Below, piece by piece: positions 5,921-13,689 of a DNA stretch of 13,689 nt. Under the pieces are notes generated by a model. The model had not been told where the DNA came from. It ran no database searches and saw nothing but the letters and a program-made list of their open reading frames with translations. Location: NCBI GenBank assembly GCA_048885865.1, contig JBHLLF010000061.1:1-13689 (forward strand), read 5' to 3'. The DNA is from Candidatus Hermodarchaeota archaeon (lineage in GTDB: Archaea > Asgardarchaeota > Thorarchaeia > Thorarchaeales > Thorarchaeaceae). The first letter of the stretch is position 1, and the number at the start of each line of letters is the position of its first letter. The translations under genes were made by a program, and so were the position numbers.

Positions 5921-6355
5921 ATGAGCAACGAGTCACATGAATACAATGTGAGAGTTAATTGGATACACGGAAAAACTGGCAAATTCATAATAGGGAGGAA
6001 ACCCGAAATCACGATTGCATCTCCTCCTGAATTTGGTGGACCTGAAGGAATTGTGTCTCCAGAGGACCTCTTTGTTGGAGCTGCTACATCCTGTTTTATG
6101 ACAACCTTTGTTACATTCACTGGGAAGATGAGATTCGACTTCAAGTCTTTCACTTGCGAAGGCAAGGGAACACTTGAACGGGTCGAGAAAGGCTTCCAAT
6201 TTACTAAGATAGAGCTGGATGCGCATGTGGTTGTGGCTTCGCAAGACCTTATACCAAAGGCAGAGAGAGCTCTGGAATTGGCAGGGAAGTATTGCTTGGT
6301 ATCTAACAGCATGAAGTGCCCCACGGAACACCAGAACAATGTGTCAGTCGGATGA
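5921..6355 (+). CDS. OsmC/Ohr family protein (paralog 2)
   Basis: SPPEFGG...SPEDLFVGAATSCFM...KYCLVSNSMK. Confidence 0.93.
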   Translation: MSNESHEYNVRVNWIHGKTGKFIIGRKPEITIASPPEFGGPEGIVSPEDLFVGAATSCFMTTFVTFTGKMRFDFKSFTCEGKGTLERVEKGFQFTKIELDAHVVVASQDLIPKAERALELAGKYCLVSNSMKCPTEHQNNVSVG

Positions 6356-6358
6356 TTC

Positions 6359-8821
6359 TCATTCATCTGGGAGAGGAGTAACAAAGATTACTTCCTCAGA
6401 CTCAGGAAGCGTGACCTCAGTGCCTTGGCCTTTTGGATCAGTGAAGTGCAGCTTCTCAATCCCATGCATCGCCTGAAGGTCTTTTGCCCATGGCTCTAGG
6501 TTGGGGGAAATCCATGCTTCAGCCAGCCCTTTGCGCAAGGATAAGCCGTTCTCCCGCTTGAACTTCCAAAAACCACCGTTGGTCTTGAGAAGAAGATCAG
6601 TATATTCGGTCAATTTCGACTTCCAATTATCATGTGTGGATGGATAGGCCTCCCCATGAATCCCCTTGCTGGAGTATAGCTCGCGATAGATTTTGTCCGT
6701 GATGTAGGGTGTAATCGGAGCCAAGGCTTTTAGTATCAAATTCAGGGTTGTGTGAAGAGCATACCATCCTGACTGTTGCTCCTCTTTTGAGAACCTGCCC
6801 TCTGAATTGAAACACCGTCCTTTCAGCATCTCAATGATATGATCCGCAAAGAGGTTCCAAGTGAAGCCACGGATCTCAATGGTGGGTCTATGGAAGTCCA
6901 AGACGTCGCAGTCTGGCAGAATCTTCTCAATGACAGCATTTGACTCTGCGAGTATCCATTGGTCGACGGGTGTGAGTTTCTTGAAGTCAATTTCTTCAGG
7001 CACAGGAAACATCGAGATGAATCGAGCGATGTTCCAGAGCTTTGTGATGAACTTGGACACCCCAGCCAGACGATCTTCTGCGAACCGGATATCACTTCCA
7101 AGTCCCGCTTCCATCACGCCAAATAGCCGCATCGAGTCTGCGCCATATTTCTCAACGAATGGCATGGGTGGAGGTGAATTGCCCTTTGACTTGCTCATCG
7201 TTTCGCCTTTCTCATCCACCACATGGCCCGATATCCACATCTCGCTGAATGCAGGTTTTTCCGTGAGCTGGTATATCCTTAGCAAAGAGTAGTATAGCCA
7301 AGTCCTCACAATGTCCTTGCCCTGAGGTCGCATGACATTTCCAAAAGCTTTCTTGAAAAGCTTCATGTCACGTGGGTATCCGGCAACATACATACCACTG
7401 ATTGATGAGTCCATCCATGTGTCGAATGTACGATCCTCTCCAGTGAATCCTTCCTCAGCATCACACTTTGGACACTTTGAGAATGGCGGGTCGTCTTTCC
7501 AAGGTTGATAGTACTTGAGTTCACCTGCTTCTGGTACTACAGGCGCTTTACAGGAGTTGCAGTACCAGATTGGAATCTCTGTTCCGTAGTATCTTCTCCT
7601 AGACACCGGCCAATCCACGGTCACACGGTTCAACCAGTCAATGAGGATTTGTCGGTGATGTGACGGAAAGAAGGTACCTTGCTTTGCAATCTCCATCAAT
7701 TGGTCAATGAAGTCCACCTGTTTTACGTAGTACTCCTCCATAGCGATGAACTCGATGGGTGTCTTGCTTCGCCAGCACAATGGTACTCGCTGCATAGATT
7801 GCTCTTGGTCATAGAGAAGGTCTTGCTTCTTAAGCTCAGCAATGATTGCAGCTCGAGCCTCTGCAATCCTCATTCCAGAATAATCGCCTGCGGCATCAGT
7901 CATTCTCCCATCAGGAGATATAGCGGCGATCGGCCTGAGGGCATAATCACGGAATGCCATTACATCAGCTTGATCGCCGTAGCTGCATACCATGAGAGCC
8001 CCAGTTCCAAACTCCATCTGTGCAGTTGGACTCTCAATGATTGGAACTTCCTGATTGAAAAGCGGCACCTTTGCTTTCAGTCCCGCATATCCCTGATAGC
8101 GAGAATCATCAGGATGAATGAACACTGCCCCACAGGCACAGAGCAGTTCCGGGCGTGTTGTTGCTATCTTGATGGGGTCTTTGCCTTCTACATGAAAGTA
8201 CAAGTAATGTAGCGTGGTTGGCCGCTCGGAGTATTCAACCTCTGCATCAGCAATTGTCGTGCCGCAGTCGAAGCACCAGTTGTTAGGCCTATAATCACTG
8301 TACACGAGCCCCTTATTCCAAATGTCAATGAAAGTGTCCTGTGTCACAGCTCTATATTTGGGATCGTCAGTCCTATAGCTGCCTTCGTCGTCGTAAGTGT
8401 TGAAGCCAATCCCAAGCCGCTTGAACCCATCAACAGTAATCTTTTCATCTGCATCAAGCCGCTCTTTGCACTTCTGCAGGAATAGGTCGCGAGGGGTTTC
8501 ATGCATGCTAAGACCAAGATCTTTCTCCACTCTCACTTCTACTGGGAGACCGTTACGGTCAATCCCGAGAGGAAAATTCACCTCATACCCTTGCATTCTC
8601 CGGTACCTTGCATTAATGTCAATCTGAGTGTAGTGAATCACCTGGCCGACATGCATAGGACCTGATAGGTAGGGGGGTGGCGTGTCTACGCTGTAAATCG
8701 TCTTCCCAGAGTTGGGATTGAACGCGTAGGGATCTTCCTTGGACCAAACCGCGAGAATCTCCTCCTCGGACTCTGGCTTCCATCTCTTCGATTTTATTGC
8801 AGGTTCTAACTTGTCTGGCAA
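6359..8821 (-). CDS. valS: Valine--tRNA ligase, archaeal type
   Basis: DTPPPYLSGPMHVGQ (HIGH), TTRPE editing domain, DWPVSRRRYYG, FDTWMDSS, TMSKSKGN (KMSKS), GADSMR. Start set at TTG 8821 behind an AGGAGA SD (8836-8831). Confidence 0.95.
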   Translation of the reverse strand: MPDKLEPAIKSKRWKPESEEEILAVWSKEDPYAFNPNSGKTIYSVDTPPPYLSGPMHVGQVIHYTQIDINARYRRMQGYEVNFPLGIDRNGLPVEVRVEKDLGLSMHETPRDLFLQKCKERLDADEKITVDGFKRLGIGFNTYDDEGSYRTDDPKYRAVTQDTFIDIWNKGLVYSDYRPNNWCFDCGTTIADAEVEYSERPTTLHYLYFHVEGKDPIKIATTRPELLCACGAVFIHPDDSRYQGYAGLKAKVPLFNQEVPIIESPTAQMEFGTGALMVCSYGDQADVMAFRDYALRPIAAISPDGRMTDAAGDYSGMRIAEARAAIIAELKKQDLLYDQEQSMQRVPLCWRSKTPIEFIAMEEYYVKQVDFIDQLMEIAKQGTFFPSHHRQILIDWLNRVTVDWPVSRRRYYGTEIPIWYCNSCKAPVVPEAGELKYYQPWKDDPPFSKCPKCDAEEGFTGEDRTFDTWMDSSISGMYVAGYPRDMKLFKKAFGNVMRPQGKDIVRTWLYYSLLRIYQLTEKPAFSEMWISGHVVDEKGETMSKSKGNSPPPMPFVEKYGADSMRLFGVMEAGLGSDIRFAEDRLAGVSKFITKLWNIARFISMFPVPEEIDFKKLTPVDQWILAESNAVIEKILPDCDVLDFHRPTIEIRGFTWNLFADHIIEMLKGRCFNSEGRFSKEEQQSGWYALHTTLNLILKALAPITPYITDKIYRELYSSKGIHGEAYPSTHDNWKSKLTEYTDLLLKTNGGFWKFKRENGLSLRKGLAEAWISPNLEPWAKDLQAMHGIEKLHFTDPKGQGTEVTLPESEEVIFVTPLPDE

Positions 8822-8889
8822 AACATCAATTCTCCTTGATGTCAACAAGGCTCAGCTGGTGCTGATTCAATCCGCTGAATGGAGTGTGG

Positions 8890-8903
8890 ATTAAAAGGCT
8901 TAT
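8890..8903 (-). promoter_or_regulatory. valS promoter (TATA)
   Basis: Minus strand ATAAGCC-TTTTAAT upstream of the valS SD. Confidence 0.55.
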
Positions 8904-8935
8904 GGGCAAATCCGTTTGACCACGAATCCTAAGCG

Positions 8936-8980
8936 AAAAAGAAGCCAGGGGGACAATGAAAGAACTGTTTCATCGCCCCC
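8936..8980 (-). terminator. Hairpin plus U-tract terminator of the 280-aa gene
   Basis: Minus strand GGGGGCGATGAAA-CAGTTC-TTTCATTGTCCCC (13 bp, 2 G.U), then TGGCTTCTTTTT; starts 11 nt after the stop. Confidence 0.7.
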
Positions 8981-8991
8981 GCAGGGTATTC

Positions 8992-9834
8992 TTAAGCCCA
9001 AAGTCTTCGGCCTATCAATAGGCCTACAATGAGAGTGACAACGCCGATTCCAGCTGCTACAACCAAAGGGACATCCATGCTTAGATTAAGTCCTCCGCCA
9101 GGAAAGCCTGTTGTTTGCACCAACTCGTACGATTCGGTCACGTCGATTGTCGTGTTCTCGTTCTCCCAACTCGTGAATTCAGTGTAACTCAAATCAATCA
9201 GGACGCCATCTTCATCAAAGCTTGACGTGTAGGTATAGATTCTTGTGCCATTGAGATTCTCAGCCAAGTCTTCCATTGACACTTCGATTTGGAATGCGAA
9301 TCTTCCATCACCAATTGACTGACTAATTAGTGTGGATGAGTTATCAGCTTCAGTATCATCGATTGCATCGTTCCAGTCCGTTTCATGAGTGCTCCAGATC
9401 GGATTCACAAAAAGATGCGCTCCCCAGTCGTTCCAACTGTCTTGGGGATATGGAACAACATTTGCGCTCTCTGACCGATTATTTGAGTTAGAGTCACTAG
9501 TTGAGAGATCCCAGTACACCTTTTGATTCTGAAAGTCAACTGATTCGTTGTGGTCTACGTAGAATAATGCACCCCACCAGACATATCCCTGATAGTTGTA
9601 GTTGATGACATCCTCGCCTCCAACTTCGCTTATATTATAGACATAGACCCTGAAATCGCCCGTGATCGAATAGTCATATGAAGGGTCATTATCCACCTGA
9701 GTAGATTCCTGATAGTAAGTCGCGCTGTAGTAGTAGATCCTTCCTTCAACGTCAGCTCTGACAGGTACTGCCGTCAGAGTCGCCATCAATAATCCAATCG
9801 CCATTGAAACGAGAATCATCTTCCTAGAGATCAT
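8992..9834 (-). CDS. Secreted, C-terminally membrane-anchored acidic surface (glyco)protein
   Basis: Signal peptide ending VRA; D/E/S/T/N/Y-rich body with 7 N-x-S/T sequons; GFPGGG linker, TM helix and RR tail. GGTGA SD at 9845-9841; TTTTATAA at 9887-9880. Confidence 0.87.
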   Translation of the reverse strand: MISRKMILVSMAIGLLMATLTAVPVRADVEGRIYYYSATYYQESTQVDNDPSYDYSITGDFRVYVYNISEVGGEDVINYNYQGYVWWGALFYVDHNESVDFQNQKVYWDLSTSDSNSNNRSESANVVPYPQDSWNDWGAHLFVNPIWSTHETDWNDAIDDTEADNSSTLISQSIGDGRFAFQIEVSMEDLAENLNGTRIYTYTSSFDEDGVLIDLSYTEFTSWENENTTIDVTESYELVQTTGFPGGGLNLSMDVPLVVAAGIGVVTLIVGLLIGRRLWA

Positions 9835-9963
9835 CTTTCGTCACCATGCGAAAACTAGCTGTTAGATTCGTTTATGTTCTTATAAAATGGAGTCAGATGT
9901 CTTATACCCACGGTACCGAAACAGTTAACTCTTAAATCTTAACTATCGTTATTGGTGGCATGG

Positions 9964-10944
9964 ATGGATTATGTAAAGCTCGGCCGCACAGGATTGAAGG
10001 TATCACGCTTTGTCTTGGGGACAATGCAGATGGGATGGATAGTAAAAGAAGATGATAGTTTCAAGATTCTCGATGCAGCTTTGGATGCAGGAATTACAGC
10101 ACTCGACACTGCAGACATCTATTCGAAATGGGGTGATGGGTCGTATGCCGGGAAGTCTGAAGAAATCCTAGGAAGATGGATCAAAGACCGAGGAAATAGG
10201 GAAGATCTCATTCTAGCGACAAAGGTTCGTGGAGAGATGAGTGAGATGCCAAATGATGCAGGCCTCTCACGCACGCACATTCTCAACTCGGCGGATAGGA
10301 GCTTGGACAGATTGCAGACTGAATGGATTGATCTATACCAGAGCCACTGGTTTGATACAGATGTGCCTCAAGAGGAAACTCTGAGAGCTTATACAAAACT
10401 CATCGACGACGGTGTGGTCAACTATATAGGTGCTTCAAACTTCACAGCTGCTGAGCTTGTAGAGTCATTCTGGGTCAGTGACAAAAACGGGCTAGCGAGA
10501 TATGACTCACTTCAGCCACCTTATAGCCTAGCAAGAAGAAGGGATTATGAGAAACATCTTGAGCCAGTTATTGTCAAGTATGGTCTAGGCGTAATCAGTT
10601 ACAGTCCACTGGGGGGCGGGTTCCTAACCGGAAGATACACCAAAGATGCTTCTCCAGACTCTAAGAGGGCGCCGACAATTGGGACCAGGTATGGAAAGGA
10701 ACGAAACTATAGAATCGTAGAAGTTCTTGAAGACCTAGCGGTCGCATATGATGCATCGGCAGCCCAGATTGCATTGGCATGGATATTGACTAGGAATACT
10801 GTCACCGCGCCCATTGTTGGTGTCAACACCTTGGAGCAGTTGAAGGAGAATCTTGGCGCTTTTGAGATAAAACTCTCCAATGATGACTTAGAAAGGCTGA
10901 ACACTGTGTCAGACTGGGAAGAGATGGACTATTTGGCACGATGA
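9964..10944 (+). CDS. Aldo/keto reductase (Tas/YajO-like)
   Basis: LGRTGLKVS, DTADIY, LATK, SLDRLQTEWIDLYQSH, YIGASN, YSPLGGGFLTG, AQIALAW, QLKENL. GGTGG SD before ATG 9964. Confidence 0.95.
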   Translation: MDYVKLGRTGLKVSRFVLGTMQMGWIVKEDDSFKILDAALDAGITALDTADIYSKWGDGSYAGKSEEILGRWIKDRGNREDLILATKVRGEMSEMPNDAGLSRTHILNSADRSLDRLQTEWIDLYQSHWFDTDVPQEETLRAYTKLIDDGVVNYIGASNFTAAELVESFWVSDKNGLARYDSLQPPYSLARRRDYEKHLEPVIVKYGLGVISYSPLGGGFLTGRYTKDASPDSKRAPTIGTRYGKERNYRIVEVLEDLAVAYDASAAQIALAWILTRNTVTAPIVGVNTLEQLKENLGAFEIKLSNDDLERLNTVSDWEEMDYLAR

Positions 10945-11062
10945 TTAATTCTAGTAAGCTCAATCGCCTTTCGAAATATCGTCAATCCTGTCCATTCAAG
11001 AAAGCTTCTTTAATGCCGCGAAGAAAATGTAGTTGTTCGGAGATTGTACCAGGGGACTCGAA

Positions 11063-11746
11063 ATGCGAGCTGTTCTGAAACTAGGAGGTTCACTCCTTTA
11101 TGATGACACGGGCCGGATTCTCATCAACACGGTGAGAGACTATGCAAAAGGAGTGGACTTCATCGTTGAAGACGGTCACAGCATGGTCATCGTAGTTGGA
11201 GGTGGAAGGCCAGCACGAGTCTTCATATCTGCTGCGAGAGCACTAGGAGCAAGCGAAACTCAGTGTGACTGGTTGGGAATCAAAGTCGCACGTAACAATG
11301 CTGAGCTGTTCTGTGCTGCCCTTGGTGATATTGCATATCCAAAAGTTGTGGAAACGCTAGACGAACTTGAGACCGCCATCCAATTCGGAAAGGTGGTTCT
11401 TATGGGCGGTCTAAACCCAGGTCAATCCACCAATGCTGTTGCAGCTCTTGCCGCTGAAACTGTAGAGGCGGATTTGCTGATGAATGCAACTAACGTGGAT
11501 GGAGTCTATGACCGAAACCCCAAGATATCAGGTGCAAAGAAGCTTGATACCGTGACTGTTGATCAGCTGAGCAAGATACTGGCGGAATCGGGCACTCGCG
11601 CAGGTGAGTACAAACTGTTCGATCCTGTTGCGATTCGTGTGGTGGGAAGGTCTAAGATTCCAACCGTCATCTTCAATGGAAATGACCCTATGAACTTCCG
11701 TCAAGTGATGAAGGGTGCAAGAATTGGTACTAGGATAGTACATTAG
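11063..11746 (+). CDS. pyrH: UMP kinase, archaeal type
   Basis: VLKLGGS, VVGGGRPAR, DWLGI, PGQSTNAVAA, ATNVDGVYDRNP, AGEYKLFDPVA, GTRI. AGGGG SD; AAAGCTTCTTTAAT promoter-like element at 11001-11014. Confidence 0.95.
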   Translation: MRAVLKLGGSLLYDDTGRILINTVRDYAKGVDFIVEDGHSMVIVVGGGRPARVFISAARALGASETQCDWLGIKVARNNAELFCAALGDIAYPKVVETLDELETAIQFGKVVLMGGLNPGQSTNAVAALAAETVEADLLMNATNVDGVYDRNPKISGAKKLDTVTVDQLSKILAESGTRAGEYKLFDPVAIRVVGRSKIPTVIFNGNDPMNFRQVMKGARIGTRIVH

Positions 11747-11757
11747 CCGAACAAACC

Positions 11758-12087
11758 ATGTCTGAAAGGGGAAACCAAGAGTTGAGAAAATTGCTCGAGA
11801 AAGTATTTGCATCACGGGCTCAGACACGAGTAGTTCAGCACTTTCTGGAACGTCCTAAGGAGTTCTTCAATCTTAGCAGAATTGCCAAGGAAACTGGCTT
11901 GGCACACTCGACTATTCATCGCGTGATGCAGCCTCTTGTGGATATGGGTCTCGTGAAGGAGATCAAGGTCGGACAGCAGATTCGACTCTTCATCCTCGAA
12001 ACTGAAGAAACAAAGAGCAAGATCCTTGCAGACTTTTACGAGCAAATCAAGCCGCTTTTGGAAGAGATGCCACCTGAGAGGAGCTGA
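11758..12087 (+). CDS. Winged-helix DNA-binding protein (ArsR/MarR-like fold)
   Basis: FNLSRIAKETGLAHSTIHRVMQPLVDMGLV HTH plus wing (IKVGQQIRLF); 11 bp after pyrH. Confidence 0.87.
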   Translation: MSERGNQELRKLLEKVFASRAQTRVVQHFLERPKEFFNLSRIAKETGLAHSTIHRVMQPLVDMGLVKEIKVGQQIRLFILETEETKSKILADFYEQIKPLLEEMPPERS

Positions 12088-12098
12088 AAGGCGCTATA

Positions 12099-12890
12099 CT
12101 ATTTTTCAATGAGAAACTCGATCAAGGTCTTGTTGAGTTCATCAGTCATCTGAACATTTGGCGAATGACCGCACCCCTCAAAGACCTTGAGTCTTGACCC
12201 CTTTATCCCTTCATGAAGTGTTCTTCCTAGTTCAAGATTTATGATTCGATCTTCCTCTCCATGGATTACTAGAGTCTTTGATTTAATATTGGACAGTTGC
12301 TCCGTGAAATCAATCGTAGAGAATCCGAGCCCCGCTGCCAAGACTCCTTCAGGATTTGTGTCAGCTGACTTATCCTTCAGATACTGAACCATCTCGGGGT
12401 TATTCTCAATCCACTCATCACTGTAGCCACTTCGAAGAGAGGTCCAGAAGTAGGCCTCGTCACCACCATCAACCTGTGCCTCTCTCCAGCTATAGACAAC
12501 ATCAATCAAATCCTCCGTTATCTTAGGAGTAGTATCAATCAGGACCAACTTATCGACTCGTTCTGGGTACCTGATAACAAAGTTCTGGGCCACCAAACCT
12601 CCCAATGAAATGCCAACGACATGCACTTTTTCATGGCCAAGATGCTCTAGCAGCGCGTTCAGGTCATCTGCAACCATATCTGGTGGAATCATCATTCCAA
12701 GCTCTTCCACTGTTGTCTGCCCATGCCCTCTTAGGTCGGGCATAATAAGGTGGAAACGTGCTGCGAGGGCTTGTTCTTGAAATTCCCATCCGCGGTGGTC
12801 TCCACCAAGACCATGAATCAATAGAACCGGATCGCCCTCACCTACGGTCTTGTAGAACATCGATATATCATCGTGGTCAAAGCGAGGCAT
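12099..12890 (-). CDS. Alpha/beta-fold hydrolase (PcaD/MhpC-like)
   Basis: LLIHGLGG, DLRGHG, GISLGG nucleophile elbow, GEEDRI, GCGH. Start at ATG 12890 behind AGGAG. Confidence 0.93.
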   Translation of the reverse strand: MPRFDHDDISMFYKTVGEGDPVLLIHGLGGDHRGWEFQEQALAARFHLIMPDLRGHGQTTVEELGMMIPPDMVADDLNALLEHLGHEKVHVVGISLGGLVAQNFVIRYPERVDKLVLIDTTPKITEDLIDVVYSWREAQVDGGDEAYFWTSLRSGYSDEWIENNPEMVQYLKDKSADTNPEGVLAAGLGFSTIDFTEQLSNIKSKTLVIHGEEDRIINLELGRTLHEGIKGSRLKVFEGCGHSPNVQMTDELNKTLIEFLIEK

Positions 12891-12955
12891 GATATCCGCT
12901 CCTGAAGTATTCGGGCGCAAATCCAACGGATAAGCTTGTCGAAGTGGTGAATGCC

Positions 12956-12971
12956 AAAACTGCTAAATATA
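12956..12971 (+). promoter_or_regulatory. tRNA-Leu promoter (BRE+TATA)
   Basis: AAAACTGC-TAAATATA ~23 nt before the tRNA. Confidence 0.7.
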
Positions 12972-12994
12972 GACTCGACTGAAATCCATACACT

Positions 12995-13136
12995 GCCGAG
13001 GTAGTCAAGAGGCCAAAGACGGTGGACTCAAGATCTAAGGCTTTGACGCCCATGGGATATCCACTCCCGTAGGGGTTCGCTGATTGGCTGCCAATCAGCG
13101 CCCAAATCGCGAGTTCGAATCTCGTCCTCGGCACCA
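12995..13136 (+). tRNA. tRNA-Leu(CAA) with a 26-nt intron at 37/38 (13033-13058) and a second 30-nt insert/intron at ~46/47 (13077-13106); CCA encoded
   Basis: Acceptor GCCGAGG/CCTCGGC, A73, CCA; D-stem GTC/GAC; anticodon stem GTGGA/TCCAC, loop CT-CAA-G/A; variable arm TCCCGTAGGGGT; T-arm GCGAG-TTCGAAT-CTCGT. Removing both inserts yields an ordinary 86-nt class II tRNA. Confidence 0.93.
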
Positions 13137-13251
13137 CATCTTTCTGAAACTTATCATGTAGTGCTATTCAAAAGAAGGAGGGCCACTCACTTTGCATCCA
13201 ACGCGAGTACTTCTTGAAGGATGAGAGAAGATTCATTTCGGGGTTCATCTG

Positions 13252-13272
13252 CTTCCTTCTGGGAGAAGGGAG
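13252..13272. terminator. Hairpin between the convergent tRNA-Leu and 125-aa gene
   Basis: CTTCCTTCT-GGG-AGAAGGGAG, 9 bp with one G.U on the + strand; 8 bp from the stop of the 125-aa gene. Confidence 0.4.
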
Positions 13273-13280
13273 GAAATCAG

Positions 13281-13658
13281 CTATTCTTCAGACGGAAGTT
13301 TATGGGGAGGAGCATCATCCAGAGTCAACTCGCGTGCAACTAATGCACGTAGGTAGGAATCAATAGACCTGAGGCGCTGTTCATAGGTCAGATCACTATC
13401 CTGAAAGGCTCTCCGACTCATAGCATGATAGCGTCCTTCAACCTTAATGACGATTGTATTGCTCTCAGTCCTGACCAAGCGTATCAGTGGTTGCTGTTGA
13501 ATATACATAATCAGCTCTAACCATTTCTCAGCAGTACTTGGATTCAGACCAATATCCTTCAGCTTGGACTTTGGAATAGGATCATTGTTTTCCTCAAGAA
13601 GTCCGAAAATCGCCTGTGCTCTTTCAAGAAGGGTCCGTCTTGAACTCAATCGATTCAT
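13281..13658 (-). CDS. Hypothetical protein with a probable N-terminal winged-helix domain
   Basis: 125 aa. ERAQAIFGLL...PKSKLKDIGLNPSTAEKWLELI looks like helix + HTH, followed by a beta-hairpin (IRLVRTESNTIVIKV) and a helical tail. Confidence 0.75.
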   Translation of the reverse strand: MNRLSSRRTLLERAQAIFGLLEENNDPIPKSKLKDIGLNPSTAEKWLELIMYIQQQPLIRLVRTESNTIVIKVEGRYHAMSRRAFQDSDLTYEQRLRSIDSYLRALVARELTLDDAPPHKLPSEE

Positions 13659-13670
13659 CTCACATTCCAG

Positions 13671-13682
13671 TACAATATTGTA
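13671..13682. promoter_or_regulatory. Perfect palindrome TACAATATTGTA, candidate operator
   Basis: 12-bp perfect palindrome 12 bp upstream of the ATG of the 125-aa gene. Confidence 0.5.
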
Positions 13683-13689
13683 TCTATAG

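Noticed and set aside
5866-6384. 172-aa and 132-aa minus-strand ORFs
   Set aside because: Antisense shadows of OsmC paralog 2.
6630-8627. Several ORFs nested in or antisense to valS
   Set aside because: Shadow frames of a conserved gene with no recognisable motifs.
8849-8935. T-box-like leader upstream of valS
   Set aside because: Only short hairpins, no T-box consensus, and the predicted 5' UTR is ~45 nt.
12877-13137. 86-aa minus-strand ORF
   Set aside because: Antisense to tRNA-Leu; MVPRTRFEL is the typical reverse translation of a tRNA 3' end.
1-13689. CRISPR array, transposase or integrase
   Set aside because: No regularly spaced repeats or recombinase motifs were seen by eye.

Overview
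Archaeal chromosomal window, probably Asgard (Thorarchaeota-like). That assignment is an inference from the divergent archaeal 16S, BRE/TATA promoters, archaeal-type ValRS/PyrH/class-IA aldolase and the style of the secreted and wHTH proteins. In order: 5' end of a 16S rRNA gene (- strand) with leader and promoter; a divergent module (secreted/membrane protein with predicted mature N-terminal His <- structured 438-bp intergenic region with a candidate ~100-nt RNA/17-codon uORF -> internally duplicated 2x3-TM protein coupled to a winged-HTH regulator); intron-containing tRNA-Ala(CGC); DUF302 protein; SAM methyltransferase; class I aldolase; two tandem OsmC paralogs; valS; an acidic anchored surface protein; aldo/keto reductase; pyrH plus a wHTH gene; alpha/beta hydrolase; a tRNA-Leu(CAA) with two introns, one at a non-canonical variable-arm position; and a small wHTH-like gene. 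The most interesting items are the 561-2953 candidate sensing/regulatory system with its switch-like RNA and the double-intron tRNA-Leu. All calls come from manual reading; no database searches or folding software were run.
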